NCBI GenBank assembly: GCA_965603825.1
Contig: CBFDEM010000024.1
Coordinates: forward strand, 248,001-312,000
DNA from: Blepharisma stoltei ATCC 30299
Lineage: Eukaryota; Protista; Ciliophora
Direction of reading: 5' to 3'
DNA: 64,000 nt
Shown: one piece after another, positions 1 to 11,571 of the stretch
How the letters are laid out: every line of letters begins with the position of its first letter
How positions within the stretch are numbered: the first letter of the stretch is position 1
Translations under genes and position numbers: made by a program
The notes under the pieces: generated by a model
Seen by the model: the letters and a program-made list of their open reading frames with translations, nothing else
Database searches by the model: none
What the model was told of the DNA's origin: nothing

Positions 1-155
1 TGCTTTATGAATTGCTCGCCATCCTCTTCAAGGCTATATAATACTGAGTTTGGGATGTGCTCGCTTGGAAGTTTCAAGCCAGGAACGCAATATATAAGCA
101 TATATGTATCTGGGCATTTGTATTTGTATTCTTCGAGATCAATAAAGGGGTTCAT
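1..155 (-). CDS. 5' part of a gene running off the window; possible rhodanese/sulfurtransferase-like protein
   Basis: ATG at 155 opens MNPFIDLEEYKYKCPDTYMLIYCVPGLKLPSEHIPNSVLYSLEEDGEQFIK, open to base 1. EHIPNS resembles the rhodanese (G)HIPGA motif. Not in the ORF track. Confidence 0.45.
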   Translation of the reverse strand, partial: MNPFIDLEEYKYKCPDTYMLIYCVPGLKLPSEHIPNSVLYSLEEDGEQFIK

Positions 156-462
156 CTTTTAAAGTATAATTAAAGAAAATTGTGAAATTTTCAGTTATTA
201 ATAGATTTAATTATAAATTATTTTTTTCGTAGTTTCCAATTTTGTTCTCTTTTTAGCTAGAGTTGTTAAGAAATATAAGATGGAGGCGAGCTGGCTATGC
301 TAAAGTCTTAGCAAAAAGACTCTGATAGTCACTTTTAGCATGTGATAATTTTCTAATATATGATACATTTATTATTCAAAATGCTACCAAAAAATTTGCC
401 TCCGCCATTCATCTATAGCTCTTCAGAAATGGTGTATCCTTGAAAAGGTACATTTTATAAAT

Positions 463-1830
463 ATGTTTAGAGCGCTCACGTCAAGACGTCTTTTTAGCAC
501 AATCCGTGATCTCAGAGCCCGTGAAATCCTTGACTCTCGTGGAAATCCCACCATAGAAGTAGAATTATTTACAGAAACAAGCATGTTCAGATCTTCAGTC
601 CCAAGTGGAGCATCCACAGGAGTATACGAAGCAGTAGAGCTCCGTGATAAAGATTTTTCAAGATATCTTGGCAAAGGAGTACTAAAAGCTGTTGATAACG
701 TGAAATCTATTATAAAACCAGCAATTTTAGGCAGAAATGTCACAGATCAGCAAAATATTGATAAGTTCATGGTCGAAACTTTAGATGGGACCTCCAATGA
801 ATGGGGCTGGATCAAAAATAAGCTTGGGGCAAATGCTATTTTAGGTGTTTCTCTCTGCTTAGCAAGAGCAGGTGCTGCAGATGCCGGATTGCCTTTATAT
901 GCATATATCGCCCATCTTGCAGGCAAGCCAATTGATAAATTTATTCTCCCAGTCCCATCCCTTAATGTCATCAACGGTGGTTCTCACGCTGGAAATAATC
1001 TCTCAATGCAAGAATTCATGATTCTTCCAACTGGAGCCCCTAGTTTCCGAGAAGCTCTTAGAATCGGTGCAGAAGTTTACCATTCCCTCAAAAAAGTAAT
1101 TAAAAAGAAATACGGCCTTGATGCCACTAATGTAGGAGATGAAGGTGGATTTGCCCCAAACATCCAAGAAAACGTTGAAGCTTTCATTCTTCTATTAGAA
1201 GCCATCGAAAGCTCAGGCCACGCAGGAAAAGTCAATCTCGGAATGGATGTGGCTGCTTCTGAATTTTTTGTAGCTGATCAGCTTAAATATGATTTAGATT
1301 TCAAAAACCCTAAAAATGATGGAAGATATGTCATAAAAGGCTTTGATCTTGCTGATATGTATCTTAAATTTGCTGAAAGATTCCCATTAGTCTCAATTGA
1401 AGACCCATTCCATGAAGACGATTGGAGCAATACTAAGCTTCTGACTGATAAAATTGGAGAAAAAGTCCAAATTGTAGGGGACGATTTATTGACAACCAAT
1501 CCTGTCAGAGTAAGAAAAGCAATTCAGGAAAAAACATGCAACGCTTTACTATTAAAATTAAACCAAATAGGAACCTTAACTGAATCAATTGAAGCTTGCA
1601 CGCTAGCTCAACAAGCAGGATGGGGAGTTATGGTAAGCCACAGAAGTGGAGAGACTGATGACTACTTTATTGCTGACCTGTGTGTAGGGCTTGGGACTGG
1701 ACAAATCAAGACTGGCGCTCCTTGTAGATCAGAAAGACTTGCTAAGTACAACGAATTGCTGAGAATAGAAGAAGAGCTAGGGGACAGAAGCAAGTATGCT
1801 GGCGATAACTTTAGGAACCCTCAGCTTTAA
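463..1830 (+). CDS. ENO: Enolase with N-terminal mitochondrial-type presequence
   Basis: [49 protein letters not shown] motifs. Carries the EWGW insertion typical of plant/alveolate enolases and an extra [12 protein letters not shown] leader. Confidence 0.98.
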   Translation: MFRALTSRRLFSTIRDLRAREILDSRGNPTIEVELFTETSMFRSSVPSGASTGVYEAVELRDKDFSRYLGKGVLKAVDNVKSIIKPAILGRNVTDQQNIDKFMVETLDGTSNEWGWIKNKLGANAILGVSLCLARAGAADAGLPLYAYIAHLAGKPIDKFILPVPSLNVINGGSHAGNNLSMQEFMILPTGAPSFREALRIGAEVYHSLKKVIKKKYGLDATNVGDEGGFAPNIQENVEAFILLLEAIESSGHAGKVNLGMDVAASEFFVADQLKYDLDFKNPKNDGRYVIKGFDLADMYLKFAERFPLVSIEDPFHEDDWSNTKLLTDKIGEKVQIVGDDLLTTNPVRVRKAIQEKTCNALLLKLNQIGTLTESIEACTLAQQAGWGVMVSHRSGETDDYFIADLCVGLGTGQIKTGAPCRSERLAKYNELLRIEEELGDRSKYAGDNFRNPQL

Positions 1831-1882
1831 TTTAATAATATAGGAGAACTGGAGACATTTTAAATAGTGATTTATCTATAGA

Positions 1883-2311
1883 TTAATGCTGCTCTTCCTC
1901 CAAAAGTTTGTCGTATTGGACTCTGTCTAGTAATTTGTCTAATTCTCCAGGCTGATCGAGTCTAATTTTTGCAATCCACCCATCAGATTCTGCCTGCTGG
2001 TTAACGAGCTCAGGCGTTTTAGCTAAGCCGGAATTCACTTCAACAACCTTTCCAGATATAGGAGAATATACATCAGCGACTGTTTTGACACTCTCAACGA
2101 CTCCAATAATATCGCCTTGCTTGAAATGGGCACCAATTGTAGGGAGATCTAAATGGACAACGTCTCCAAGCTGAGACTGGGCGTGATCAGTGATTCCCAC
2201 TGTGCCTATTCTGTCGGTTTTGTTGTAGGCAACCCATTCGTGGTCTTTTGTGAAATAAGTGGAGAATCTTCGAATTGGGAAGGATGAAAGCTTTAGTCTT
2301 GACAGCCACAT
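1883..2311 (-). CDS. GCSH: Glycine cleavage system H protein, mitochondrial
   Basis: TKDHEWV, GITDHAQSQLGDVV, lipoyl-lysine motif VESVK, SPISGKVVEVN; Arg/Ser-rich presequence. Confidence 0.96.
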   Translation of the reverse strand: MWLSRLKLSSFPIRRFSTYFTKDHEWVAYNKTDRIGTVGITDHAQSQLGDVVHLDLPTIGAHFKQGDIIGVVESVKTVADVYSPISGKVVEVNSGLAKTPELVNQQAESDGWIAKIRLDQPGELDKLLDRVQYDKLLEEEQH

Positions 2312-2858
2312 TTAATAAAGTTAATATACGAGAGGCTTAAATTAAAGGAAAGCTAAAATTTAATGAAATTTAGGGCTAAGACAATCAAAAATGATATTTT
2401 ATTAATTGAAAGATTGCTTAAATTATGGAATAAATGCAGACTTTCATATATATAAGCAGCATGTCATCAAGAATTAAATTTTGAAAATATTTTAAAATGA
2501 GCTCTTTTTCCAGTTAGCTATTATAATAATCAAAACAATTGATGATCTACTATAAGAATGCTATAATATTTGCATTTGTAAAACCAATAATTTGGAATAT
2601 AAAAATGGCATTTCCTATAGACATATTAATTATAATTTAATATTAATAATCTGATGTGAATTTATAAATTCTATTATAAAGTTGAACTATTTCCAATCAT
2701 TTTCTGAGTACAAATAAATAAAAACCTATTACAGTTCCTCTTTGGTATGGTGGTATAGCTGATACAGTAAAAAATAATTAAAAAAAATAGCTTAGGTAAA
2801 TAGCTTTCATAAATGATTTTATAATAATATAAACAATCAAATGTAATTTTTATTCAGG

Positions 2859-3149
2859 ATGAACACATCACTGATTTTCTCTCCTAAACCTAAACGAGCA
2901 TCAATAGGGCCTATAAGGAGCCCTATTCTTCTCTCATATAAGATGCATGAAAAGCCAGCTCAAAATGAAAATATTGTAAACGAGCTGAATTTTATACTCA
3001 CAAATTCAGAAAATTCTGGAATTCGTGTTCATGAAAAAACACCAGTTCATGTATTGAAGACTTCACAAAGACCGTTCTCTCGTCATATATGCAATCCAAT
3101 TGCAAGTGATGACCTTTTCCAAGAGTTGAACTCATGCGGCAATCCATAA
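2859..3149 (+). CDS. Hypothetical protein (96 aa)
   Basis: ATG to TAA ORF, less AT-rich than its flanks; no recognisable motif. Confidence 0.6.
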   Translation: MNTSLIFSPKPKRASIGPIRSPILLSYKMHEKPAQNENIVNELNFILTNSENSGIRVHEKTPVHVLKTSQRPFSRHICNPIASDDLFQELNSCGNP

Positions 3150-3349
3150 GTTCAATGTGTTTAATATTTATTAATTAATTTAAAGCAGATTTGAGTAGAT
3201 GGATAGATATCAGTCTAGTAATTTATTATATCTTTAATTTATCTTTATTATCCCTAAATTTTAACTATACTGATATCTTTTCCAAAAATCTAATTATTTT
3301 GGTTTTTTTAACGAGAGAATAAAAAGGTTTTTATAATTTTTATTATCGA

Positions 3350-4756
3350 TTAGTTATATGATACTCTCACTGCTTGTCTTTCTCCAAGTTGCACACTAGA
3401 CGAGTCAGCCAAAGCAAAATATTGTGTAACTGCAGTGTTTACTTGTCGTCTCATTTCACCTTTCATTTCTCTCCTTATCCACATTCTATAGAAAACTAAA
3501 ATAGCTCCAACCAGCACCACACATAAGAGTAGAATCAAAATAATTGACCAAGCCCCAATCCCTTCATTTTCTGGCTCCGTCACAGTTGGCTCTTCTTTGC
3601 AAAATGATGGGTCTTGTCCATAACTATACCCAGCGCACAGTCCTCTTCTAACTGGATCAACTTCCCAATCTCCTCTATAAGTTTGATTATTGATAACTAG
3701 AGCTGGATAATAAGAAACTGCAATGTTACCCCAGAAGTCTTTTGCATCTTTCAGCAGCTGGTTATCATCAATTAAATGGTTTTTTCCACTGAAACTTTCT
3801 TCTATGCACTGATTCACTTTTTTAACATTCACATTTGCTTTTGTCATTGCGGAGTTTACACAGGTTTCTACTATTCCTCCACTGCAGAATTCGTGGAAAT
3901 GTTTTATATAGTTGAACCATAAGGCATAGTTATCTTTTGAGTCTGTTTGCCTGTATATGCAAATTTCTCTAAGGTTTTCATATACATAGTCTCTTCCTGA
4001 GCTAGTTTCTGTAGGAGGATCTATACAGTACCTGCCTCCGCTTAAGCAGTTAGCTTCTTCCTGCTTAAAATTATTGGAACTGCAAGGAATGCAAGTCTTC
4101 GTCACATAATGAGGCTGAAAAGCGGCTTCTGTTTTTGCGATTTCGCTGCCGAGAGAAGCAAAATCTTTTAGGAAGTCATAGAAAACTGCATTTTCTGAGG
4201 ACATATAAAGACCATAACTTATTTTGTTTCCATTGTGTGGCATCGTAAATGTAAGTGATATAGCAACATGCCGAGCGTATACGTTGTTATTGATATACTT
4301 TAAGAGGAGCTCTCCATCAGATTTTGAAATCAAAAAAGTTGGTATAAAAATATTGCCAGCAGATCCATTGTCGATCATAATAATACTTTCAGGGTTCTCG
4401 TCTTTGTTGTCGATTACAATAAGAGCTCTTGCTCCAATATCTTGAGCATGCCTTGCTTTCATTACAAAAGGACAGGATCCGCGCCTTACAAGAAGAATCG
4501 GGGTATTTATTTGATCAGGATCATCTGTCCAGTCAAACATCTGCATAGCTTGGCATGCGTCAGATTGGGAATCACGGTAAAAAACTCTTCCAATAATGAC
4601 GGATCCGTATGGAGGATTTCCAAAGTTTGCCAATGAGTTTCTGATCTCTCCATGCTGGTATCGGCTTTGCATTTCCTGTCTGAGGGCATCAGGAGAATAA
4701 ACATACATTTTTCCAACAACTAGACCAAGAAGGCACACAATGAGAAATTTGGACAT
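3350..4756 (-). CDS. Vacuolar sorting receptor-like (VSR/BP-80 type) PA-domain type I membrane protein
   Basis: Signal peptide MSKFLIVCLLGLVVG (likely start 4756). ANFGNPPYG, PA domain LLVRRGSCPFVMKARHAQDIGA, CLSGGRYC, ENLREICI, one TM helix, cytosolic YFAL (YxxL) sorting motif. Confidence 0.88.
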   Translation of the reverse strand: MSKFLIVCLLGLVVGKMYVYSPDALRQEMQSRYQHGEIRNSLANFGNPPYGSVIIGRVFYRDSQSDACQAMQMFDWTDDPDQINTPILLVRRGSCPFVMKARHAQDIGARALIVIDNKDENPESIIMIDNGSAGNIFIPTFLISKSDGELLLKYINNNVYARHVAISLTFTMPHNGNKISYGLYMSSENAVFYDFLKDFASLGSEIAKTEAAFQPHYVTKTCIPCSSNNFKQEEANCLSGGRYCIDPPTETSSGRDYVYENLREICIYRQTDSKDNYALWFNYIKHFHEFCSGGIVETCVNSAMTKANVNVKKVNQCIEESFSGKNHLIDDNQLLKDAKDFWGNIAVSYYPALVINNQTYRGDWEVDPVRRGLCAGYSYGQDPSFCKEEPTVTEPENEGIGAWSIILILLLCVVLVGAILVFYRMWIRREMKGEMRRQVNTAVTQYFALADSSSVQLGERQAVRVSYN

Positions 4757-5108
4757 GAAATTATAATATAAAAGGATAATGAGTTTATAGGGATGCAAAA
4801 TTTACGTTTAAAAACTAGTCTTTATTTTAATTGAAAAAGCCAAGATACTTCAGTGCTTATTTAAAGGTTTTAAAATATGCATTGATGTGATAACTTAAAA
4901 TGCAAGGAAAAAATAAAGGTCGAGAATATTACAAAAATCTTAAATTTAACCATTTTTGTATAAACTATGCTTTGCTAAAAAGAACAAGGCAAGACAATTC
5001 AAGAATTATGATTTTAGTTTATTTTCCAGAGATGGAATACAAAAGATCATTAGATAACTTTAGATTAATTTAAGAAAATAATTATAACTTAAGAGTTTTT
5101 AATTAAAT

Positions 5109-7391
5109 CTATTCCAACTTCAAAAACTTGTCGACCTCAACTTTTTCTCTGTTTGCAGACGGTTCAAAGTTCAGCTGCCTAATTTCGCGTTCTTTATCAA
5201 CATCAGAATATTTCCCATATAATTTTTCATTCATAACTCTATTGCTCCATATAACTCCTTTTTTAACTACCTCAGGCACATCTGGAATGTAGGCCGAAAT
5301 CAAGAACTTTAAAGCAAATAGTGAATGCTCCACCACAATAAAAGCAATTCATTGGTCTGCTGCACTATGAAAATCAAATACATCGGTTGTGAAAATAATA
5401 AGCGCAATATTAGTCGCACATCCGATATAAGATAAAATTTGAATAATTGGCATCCAAACACCAATAGAGTTATCTTGAGCTGGAAAAACTCTTTGAGTGA
5501 CCTTGCACAATTTTCATGCATCAACTCTAAATTCCAGCACACAAAGTATAATGGCTAACAATGGACTAAATGGAAAAGCCACAGCGAAAAGTGCAACATA
5601 TCCATACCCTATAATCATTTCCATATAGTCTTCTAAAGGAGTTTCATATGTAGACAGATTAGCTTCTTTTTCAAAAATAGTCAAATTTAATAAATCGCCT
5701 CTTTCTTCAGCTGCTTTTTGAGTTCTATAAGTTTTATATTTATTTTTCAAAAAGGGGATGCCAAGTTCCATAAGGTTTAGCAGCAAATTAATTACATAAA
5801 TCATTCCTAACTGAAGCTCAAGCTCATTCATACAGTCGTTATCATCACATCCTTCTACCCTTCCTTTTACAAATCCCATATAAAACAATGATGCATATGA
5901 GTTCACAAATTGGAAGGAAAATAGTTTTATTGTCAAAGCATTTTGGAACTCTGAAGCAGTTTCGTAATTTTCCCACTCTGTTAAGGATCTTGCGACATAT
6001 CTGTAAATGAAGTTCAAAATTTTAATCTGAAAAGCGTTAAAAGCACCAGCAAGCCTAGGTCCCCAAGACCCTTTCTTCTGAGAAGCTCTATAAATGAAAA
6101 TTGCAACCAAAGTAGCTATCACAATTCCAACGAAAAAAAGCATCGTCACAAATCCAAGCATATTTTTAAATATACCATTCTTGGATTTATCAACCACTTT
6201 TTTCATTTTTCCTGAAACAATGTCTTTTTTGTATTTCCCTTTATACTCAGGTCTTTGCTCTTCTTTAGTTTCAAACTCACTGAGTCCCCATTTCCATGCA
6301 AAAATATTCTGTTTTCTTACCCAGATTTGATCTAGAAATGTGCTGCCTAAGCTTAAAATGATAGCAAATAGAAAATAGCTGACTTCTCCAGCTGTCATTG
6401 TACTAGAGGAGGTATCATTAGGGTCATCTGCATATATAATGATCCCAAAAATAATCCCAAAAAATGCAGGAATTACAAGCCATTGTGTATACATTTCAAG
6501 CCACGCAAAATACATAGCGATTTTTTCCCCAAAGTAATTTCTAATTTTTTCAATATCTTGAGGCTTTCAGAAACCTCTTAATGTAATCCAAGTCTTATCA
6601 AACTCATCAAGAACTTTATAATTATGCTGTGGAAATTGTCCATATAAAATAGAATGATTTGCAAGCTCTCCCAGCTCGATTACGCTGACAATCATGCTAT
6701 GGACGAGCCTAACTTTATCTACATATTTAAATAGATGCCCGCTTTCAGATTCCCTTTCATAAGTATCATATCTTTGGTATAAATCTTCAGGGTTCGCTTT
6801 CATCATCGCAAAGACACTTTTATGTGGCATCTGCTTTTCAAAAGCTCCATATGGCAATACAGCTTGAAAATCCAAAGGATGTTCTTGGTCTTTGAAGAAG
6901 TCCTTGTCAGCTTTAAACTGCAGCTTATAATCAATTAAATCAGCTTGGACTTTTAAGTTATTCTCACTACTGCGAAGCTTAATAAAAATCTGGTCTCCTA
7001 ATTGAGAGTAATGAAGGTTGATTTCAAGCTGCAATTTATCTTGGAGAAGCTTTATAATTGTCCTCACTACAACTTGGGCAACCACCTTGAATTTTACCTT
7101 GGTTTGGCCTTCAAGTTTGCGATCAAGCAGACGCTGGCCTTCTTTGTAGAATGGGTCTTCTTCGTCTGATTTGAAGTAAAAACGAAATCGGAGTTTGGCA
7201 TCTTCAACGCGAAGATCATTAAGAAAGGCATGACAAATATAGTTCTTTTCGGGGACATCGAAAGGATTATTAATGGCAAGAATATAATCGTAAATTTCAG
7301 AGTTTTCTATTTCGTGCGATTCTTTTATGGGATATTCAACTTCAGCTGAGTGACTTAAAAGCGATTCTTTGGATAAGAAATTGGTCGCCAT
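5109..7391 (-). CDS. Anoctamin/TMEM16 family channel or scramblase (760 aa)
   Basis: Three track ORFs in one frame joined by TGA=Trp at 6567 and 5514. QDIEKIRNYFGEKIAMYFAWL, WENYET, FQFVNSY, EDYMEMIIGYGYV, EFRVDAWKL, IGVW, VEH motifs. Confidence 0.95.
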
Positions 7392-8063
7392 TTATGACTA
7401 TGGAAATCTGGCAGAGTTTGGTTAGAGCGTAACGTGTGATATCGCTTAATTATTGAAGCTTTTTGAAATGATTTCTATAAGAGTTTCAGCTGTTATGAAT
7501 TAATGTGAAGGATGAAATAAGAAGAAGGAAGTAGCTTGATTTTTAATTCTCAAAATTAAACAATATTTATATACTAATTTTTTTGAAAATAAAGAAGATT
7601 ATTTAAAATAAAGAAGATTTCGCTATTTAACACTATTAATATCAATCAAAAAAGAGCAAATTAATTGAAAAAATGAAATGACTAGACTTTGGCTAATATA
7701 TAATTAATTTTGAAAGGCATGCGAAAACTGAAATCTAATTGAATATTATTCTATATAGAGAAGAGATTTATAATTATGAATATAATTAATACTAATAATC
7801 CATTTATTTGGTTTAGTCTATTTTAATTATTTTCTTTACTATTAAAATTGTATATTTCGCGCGATATTGCATGAAAAATGAACTTTTTTGACCCTATATT
7901 GATTAAAATAATAAATATATTATCAAAATCATATACTAGTGTTTCAGCTATACTAAAGAATTGCAATTTGTTGCAACAACATTGAAAATATAAAGCATTT
8001 TTTAAATTCAGCTTTCAATCTCATAAGGCAATCATCAGCCAAACTTTTGGCCCGCCATTAATA

Positions 8064-8435
8064 ATGGATGGACAGTTCCATACAAATAGAAAGAAATTAC
8101 CAAATTTTTTCTCAGCTATTATCAAGAGATTTAAATCAAAAAGAAAACAAAGGCCAAATTCACTAAAACTATCAAAAAAGGAGCAAGAGCTCTACACTTT
8201 AAGCAAATACACGATGCTTCCAGAAACTGAAGACCCAACAAATGAATCACCAAACAAAAACATTAAAGATCTTTTATATTTAGGCCTGATCCAAGAAATG
8301 ACATTTTACAGTTCGAGTTTCAGCGTAAAAGAAGACGCATTCGAGAGCTATCGGGAAGCATTTCTAAATTTCCCATCAAATGGCAAATTAATTCTCCCAC
8401 ACACAAGAAGTGCAAATCGACCAGAAAAATCTTAA
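8064..8435 (+). CDS. Hypothetical basic protein (123 aa)
   Basis: ATG to TAA ORF with coding-like composition; no motif recognised. Confidence 0.6.
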   Translation: MDGQFHTNRKKLPNFFSAIIKRFKSKRKQRPNSLKLSKKEQELYTLSKYTMLPETEDPTNESPNKNIKDLLYLGLIQEMTFYSSSFSVKEDAFESYREAFLNFPSNGKLILPHTRSANRPEKS

Positions 8436-8547
8436 ATTCCTCCTAATATTTCTACCTATAGAGCTGATGGTATCATAATTATTTATTTCATTATGCATCA
8501 TTATAGCAATAAATAGATCGAGTTTGCCGTTAAGTTAATATTAAAAA

Positions 8548-9255
8548 ATGAAGTTAGTAATTGTAACAATTTATTTACTATTTTGCTGTATTTCAGCTTA
8601 CTCAGACACACAATCAGTTGGAATTGATTTAATCTCGCAATTCTTATTGGAAGACAACTCAGTTATAAAAGAGAACGGAGGAATAATCGATAAAACAGGA
8701 TTTGATGGACTCCCAGCAGGCGAAGTTATAGCTCAGCAAGGCACAATCCAGCGACTTAAACAGAGGGCCCGTTCAGCAGCAGGCTTATTTGCAAGAAGCC
8801 AAGGGTTATCATCATTTCAATCAATGGGAGCAATAGAAAATAATGAAAATCTAAAAGGTTGGAAATCTTTTAACGTGATGCTTATGGGGACGAATGATTA
8901 TCAAGTTGTTCAAGTTTGCTTGCCTGAAATTGAACAAAAAATTGTGTTAGTTATACCACAGAATGATAGATGTGGCCCGAAAATTCAAAATGTGGAGGCT
9001 TCTTTGGGGACTCAAACTAAATCATTATTTGAAGGAAATTTTGGGGGACTGGCGTTTCCTGGAGAAATTTTTAAAAATAGCCAGGTCGAGAATAGGGCTT
9101 TGAATAAGCTAAATCCTGCTGATGAAATAGCAGAGGCTGCACAAAATCTAAAGAGCTTGTTTTCAAAACTTGCTTTGGAAGCACAAAGCTCAATTGGTAA
9201 AATAGAAGAAGCCATGAAACGAGTTGATGAGCAAAATATTTTTAAGTTTAAGTAA
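8548..9255 (+). CDS. Hypothetical secreted protein (235 aa)
   Basis: Clear signal peptide MKLVIVTIYLLFCCISA; helical C-terminus. Confidence 0.75.
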   Translation: MKLVIVTIYLLFCCISAYSDTQSVGIDLISQFLLEDNSVIKENGGIIDKTGFDGLPAGEVIAQQGTIQRLKQRARSAAGLFARSQGLSSFQSMGAIENNENLKGWKSFNVMLMGTNDYQVVQVCLPEIEQKIVLVIPQNDRCGPKIQNVEASLGTQTKSLFEGNFGGLAFPGEIFKNSQVENRALNKLNPADEIAEAAQNLKSLFSKLALEAQSSIGKIEEAMKRVDEQNIFKFK

Positions 9256-9358
9256 TGTTGATTTATAAAACTGTGTAAAAGAGAAAGTTTGGGGATTAAA
9301 AGTCCCTTAACAAAAAATTAAATATGGCTATTTAAAAATAAAGATTGAATCCAATATC

Positions 9359-9546
9359 ATACCTTCTCGGCCCCAAAGGCTAAGATCAAGTGTAGTATCT
9401 GTTCTTATCAGTGTGAAAACTGGTATCCACTCATCAAGTGGCGATTTTCACAAAAATTTTTATTGGGAGCAAGATATCTTCAGCTTGCTGCAGATTCTTG
9501 CAAAGGGTTGCCCTTGTGCTGCACTTTCTGCAAGGAGCAGTCCACC
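9359..9546 (+). ncRNA. U2: U2 spliceosomal snRNA
   Basis: ATACCTTCTCGGCC...GGCTAAGATCAAGTGTAGTATCTGTTCTTATCAG matches the universal U2 5' end, including the GUAGUA branch-recognition sequence. Stem IIa ATCAG/CTGGT; Sm-like AATTTTTATTGG near 9455. 3' end approximate. Confidence 0.96.
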
Positions 9547-9882
9547 CCTTTTCATTACTTAACTGAAATTAAATCTTAAGATTTTATATTAGGATATAAT
9601 TCAAAAATTCCTAAATTTCATTTCTATTCTGCAAAATAAGTAGCACATTTTGGTAATAAGAAATAAGCAAAATTTTAAAGAATTTACACAGTTTAATGAC
9701 TCACCAGTTGCAGGAAAAGAGCTAAGAAATAATTCCACTGAATTATCTCTCATATAAAGATACCATTATTATCAAGTGCAGGCACTTTCGGTTATCCCTT
9801 CTTTCATTTATCAAAGATTTCTAATTTCTCCTGATAGTTCCAGATTTAAATAACTTCTTTAGGTGATAATAGAAATTTTAAA

Positions 9883-10527
9883 ATGGCAGGAAATCTAGAG
9901 GAAGAAGAATACGACTATTTGTTCAAAATCGTACTAGTAGGAGAAAGTGGTGTTGGTAAATCTAATATCCTGTCACGTTTCACTAAGAATGAATTCAACC
10001 TTGAGAGCAAAGCTACAATTGGAGTGGAATTCGCTGCAAAATGCATCCAACATGAAGGCAAAGCAATAAAAGCGCAAATATGAGACACAGCAGGCCAAGA
10101 GCGGTTCAGAGCAATTACTTCTTCATACTACAAAGGTGCAATGGGCGCGCTCCTGGTATATGATATTTCCAAGCACGCCACGTTTGAAAACTTAGATAGA
10201 TGGGTCAATGAAGTGCGATCATTTACTCAGCCAGATCTATCAATCATATTAGTGGGAAATAAATGTGATATGGCATATGCTAGAGAAGTTACTCAGGATG
10301 AGGCAATCAGATATGCTCAACAGCAAAAAATCCCTTTTTTTGAAACGAGTGCTTTAGATTGTACAAATGTCGAGCTAGTTTTTAGAGAATTACTTGTGGC
10401 TATTGCAAGGCGAACTGATGCAGGATTTGATACTAAAGGTGCAGAAAAAGTGGATATTTCTAAAATCAACACTATCAAGCTTGGAACTGCAGAGAAAAAG
10501 AAGAAATCTTGCTGTAAGGGTCATTAA
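9883..10527 (+). CDS. RAB11: Rab11-family small GTPase
   Basis: [29 protein letters not shown](TGA 10081-10083)-[19 protein letters not shown]-terminal CC prenylation motif. Confidence 0.95.
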
Positions 10528-10850
10528 TTAAATCAATATTTTATTGAAACTTTAATTTTCATTTATAACTGAGAAAAGCCAAATCTTTTATTTTTTAAAT
10601 TGTATATTCAGTGCTCAAAGTAAATGCAGCAATTTTAAAAAGAATGAATTTATTAAATTTAAAATACGATATTCAAATGTCTTATAATGAAAGAATTAGC
10701 TATAGTTATCAAATAATAAGCTATTGTCAATAAAAACATTTGCTGCGCACCCAAAGTTTAATTTCCAAAAATTAGCTTTGACCTATATAACTTTGCCCCT
10801 TGGGGAAGGAATGCAAGATAAAATAAGCAAGAATTTACTTTCTAACTATT

Positions 10851-11226
10851 TTATGGCTTAGACTTAGTCGCTATGATTTTTTTCTTCAAATCTTCAATAA
10901 TTCCTGCCAAATGAGCAGACAAATCTTCATAATTCTTTGGAATGCTGTCTAACTTGGGGTTGACGTTTGATCTATATAAAAAATTACTGCATAAATTTGC
11001 CTAGTCTTAAGAAATAGTTAGACCTGAAATTAGCTGCCATTTGAAGATTGCCATTATTATCAAAAGTGAGTTCTTTTCCATCTTGGCCTTCTTTTACCTT
11101 TCCATAAAACTCTTTATATTTATCAAAGACTGCTTGTTTTCTTGCAGCTTGCTCTAAGCAATGATGGGCATCTTTATAGACCTGGAGGAAACTTTTAGCT
11201 TCAAAGAATTGGTCTTCAGATAGCAT
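10851..11226 (-). CDS. Hypothetical protein (119 aa), one 16-nt intron
   Basis: The track ORF stops inside a GTAATTTTTTATATAG intron (10972-10987). Removing it extends the frame (QSNVNPKLDSIPKNYEDLSAHLAGIIEDLKKKIIATKSKP) to TAA at 10851. Confidence 0.75.
10972..10987 (-). other. 16-nt spliceosomal intron
   Basis: GTAATTTTTTATATAG; A at -6; removal restores the reading frame. Confidence 0.8.
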
Positions 11227-11571
11227 ATTTATTATAAAGGTCGCTATTATAATTGTTGGCTTATGGAAATTTTTCGAATATTATGGATATGCATCAAAAA
11301 TTTCTTTATTTTTTGATTTAAGGATAAGTAAATGATTTTAATATTCTCTCTGAAAGTAATTTAGAGGACTATAGTAAATTATTGTGGTTAATTAAGGAAA
11401 TTATTATACAATGATAAAGTTTAGCTTCATTTACTAAAGAAAAGCAATATTTTTGGCTGATTAGCAAATAAATAATTTAAATTGTATACTTTTAATGTTA
11501 AATTTCAAAAATTTCATTACAAGTAGTATAGATGATTAAGAAAATGATGAACAGATATTGATTTTATATTA

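Noticed and set aside
5109-7391. Reading in-frame TGA as pseudogenisation or selenocysteine
   Set aside because: TGA falls at conserved Trp positions in many unrelated genes and the frames continue cleanly afterwards.
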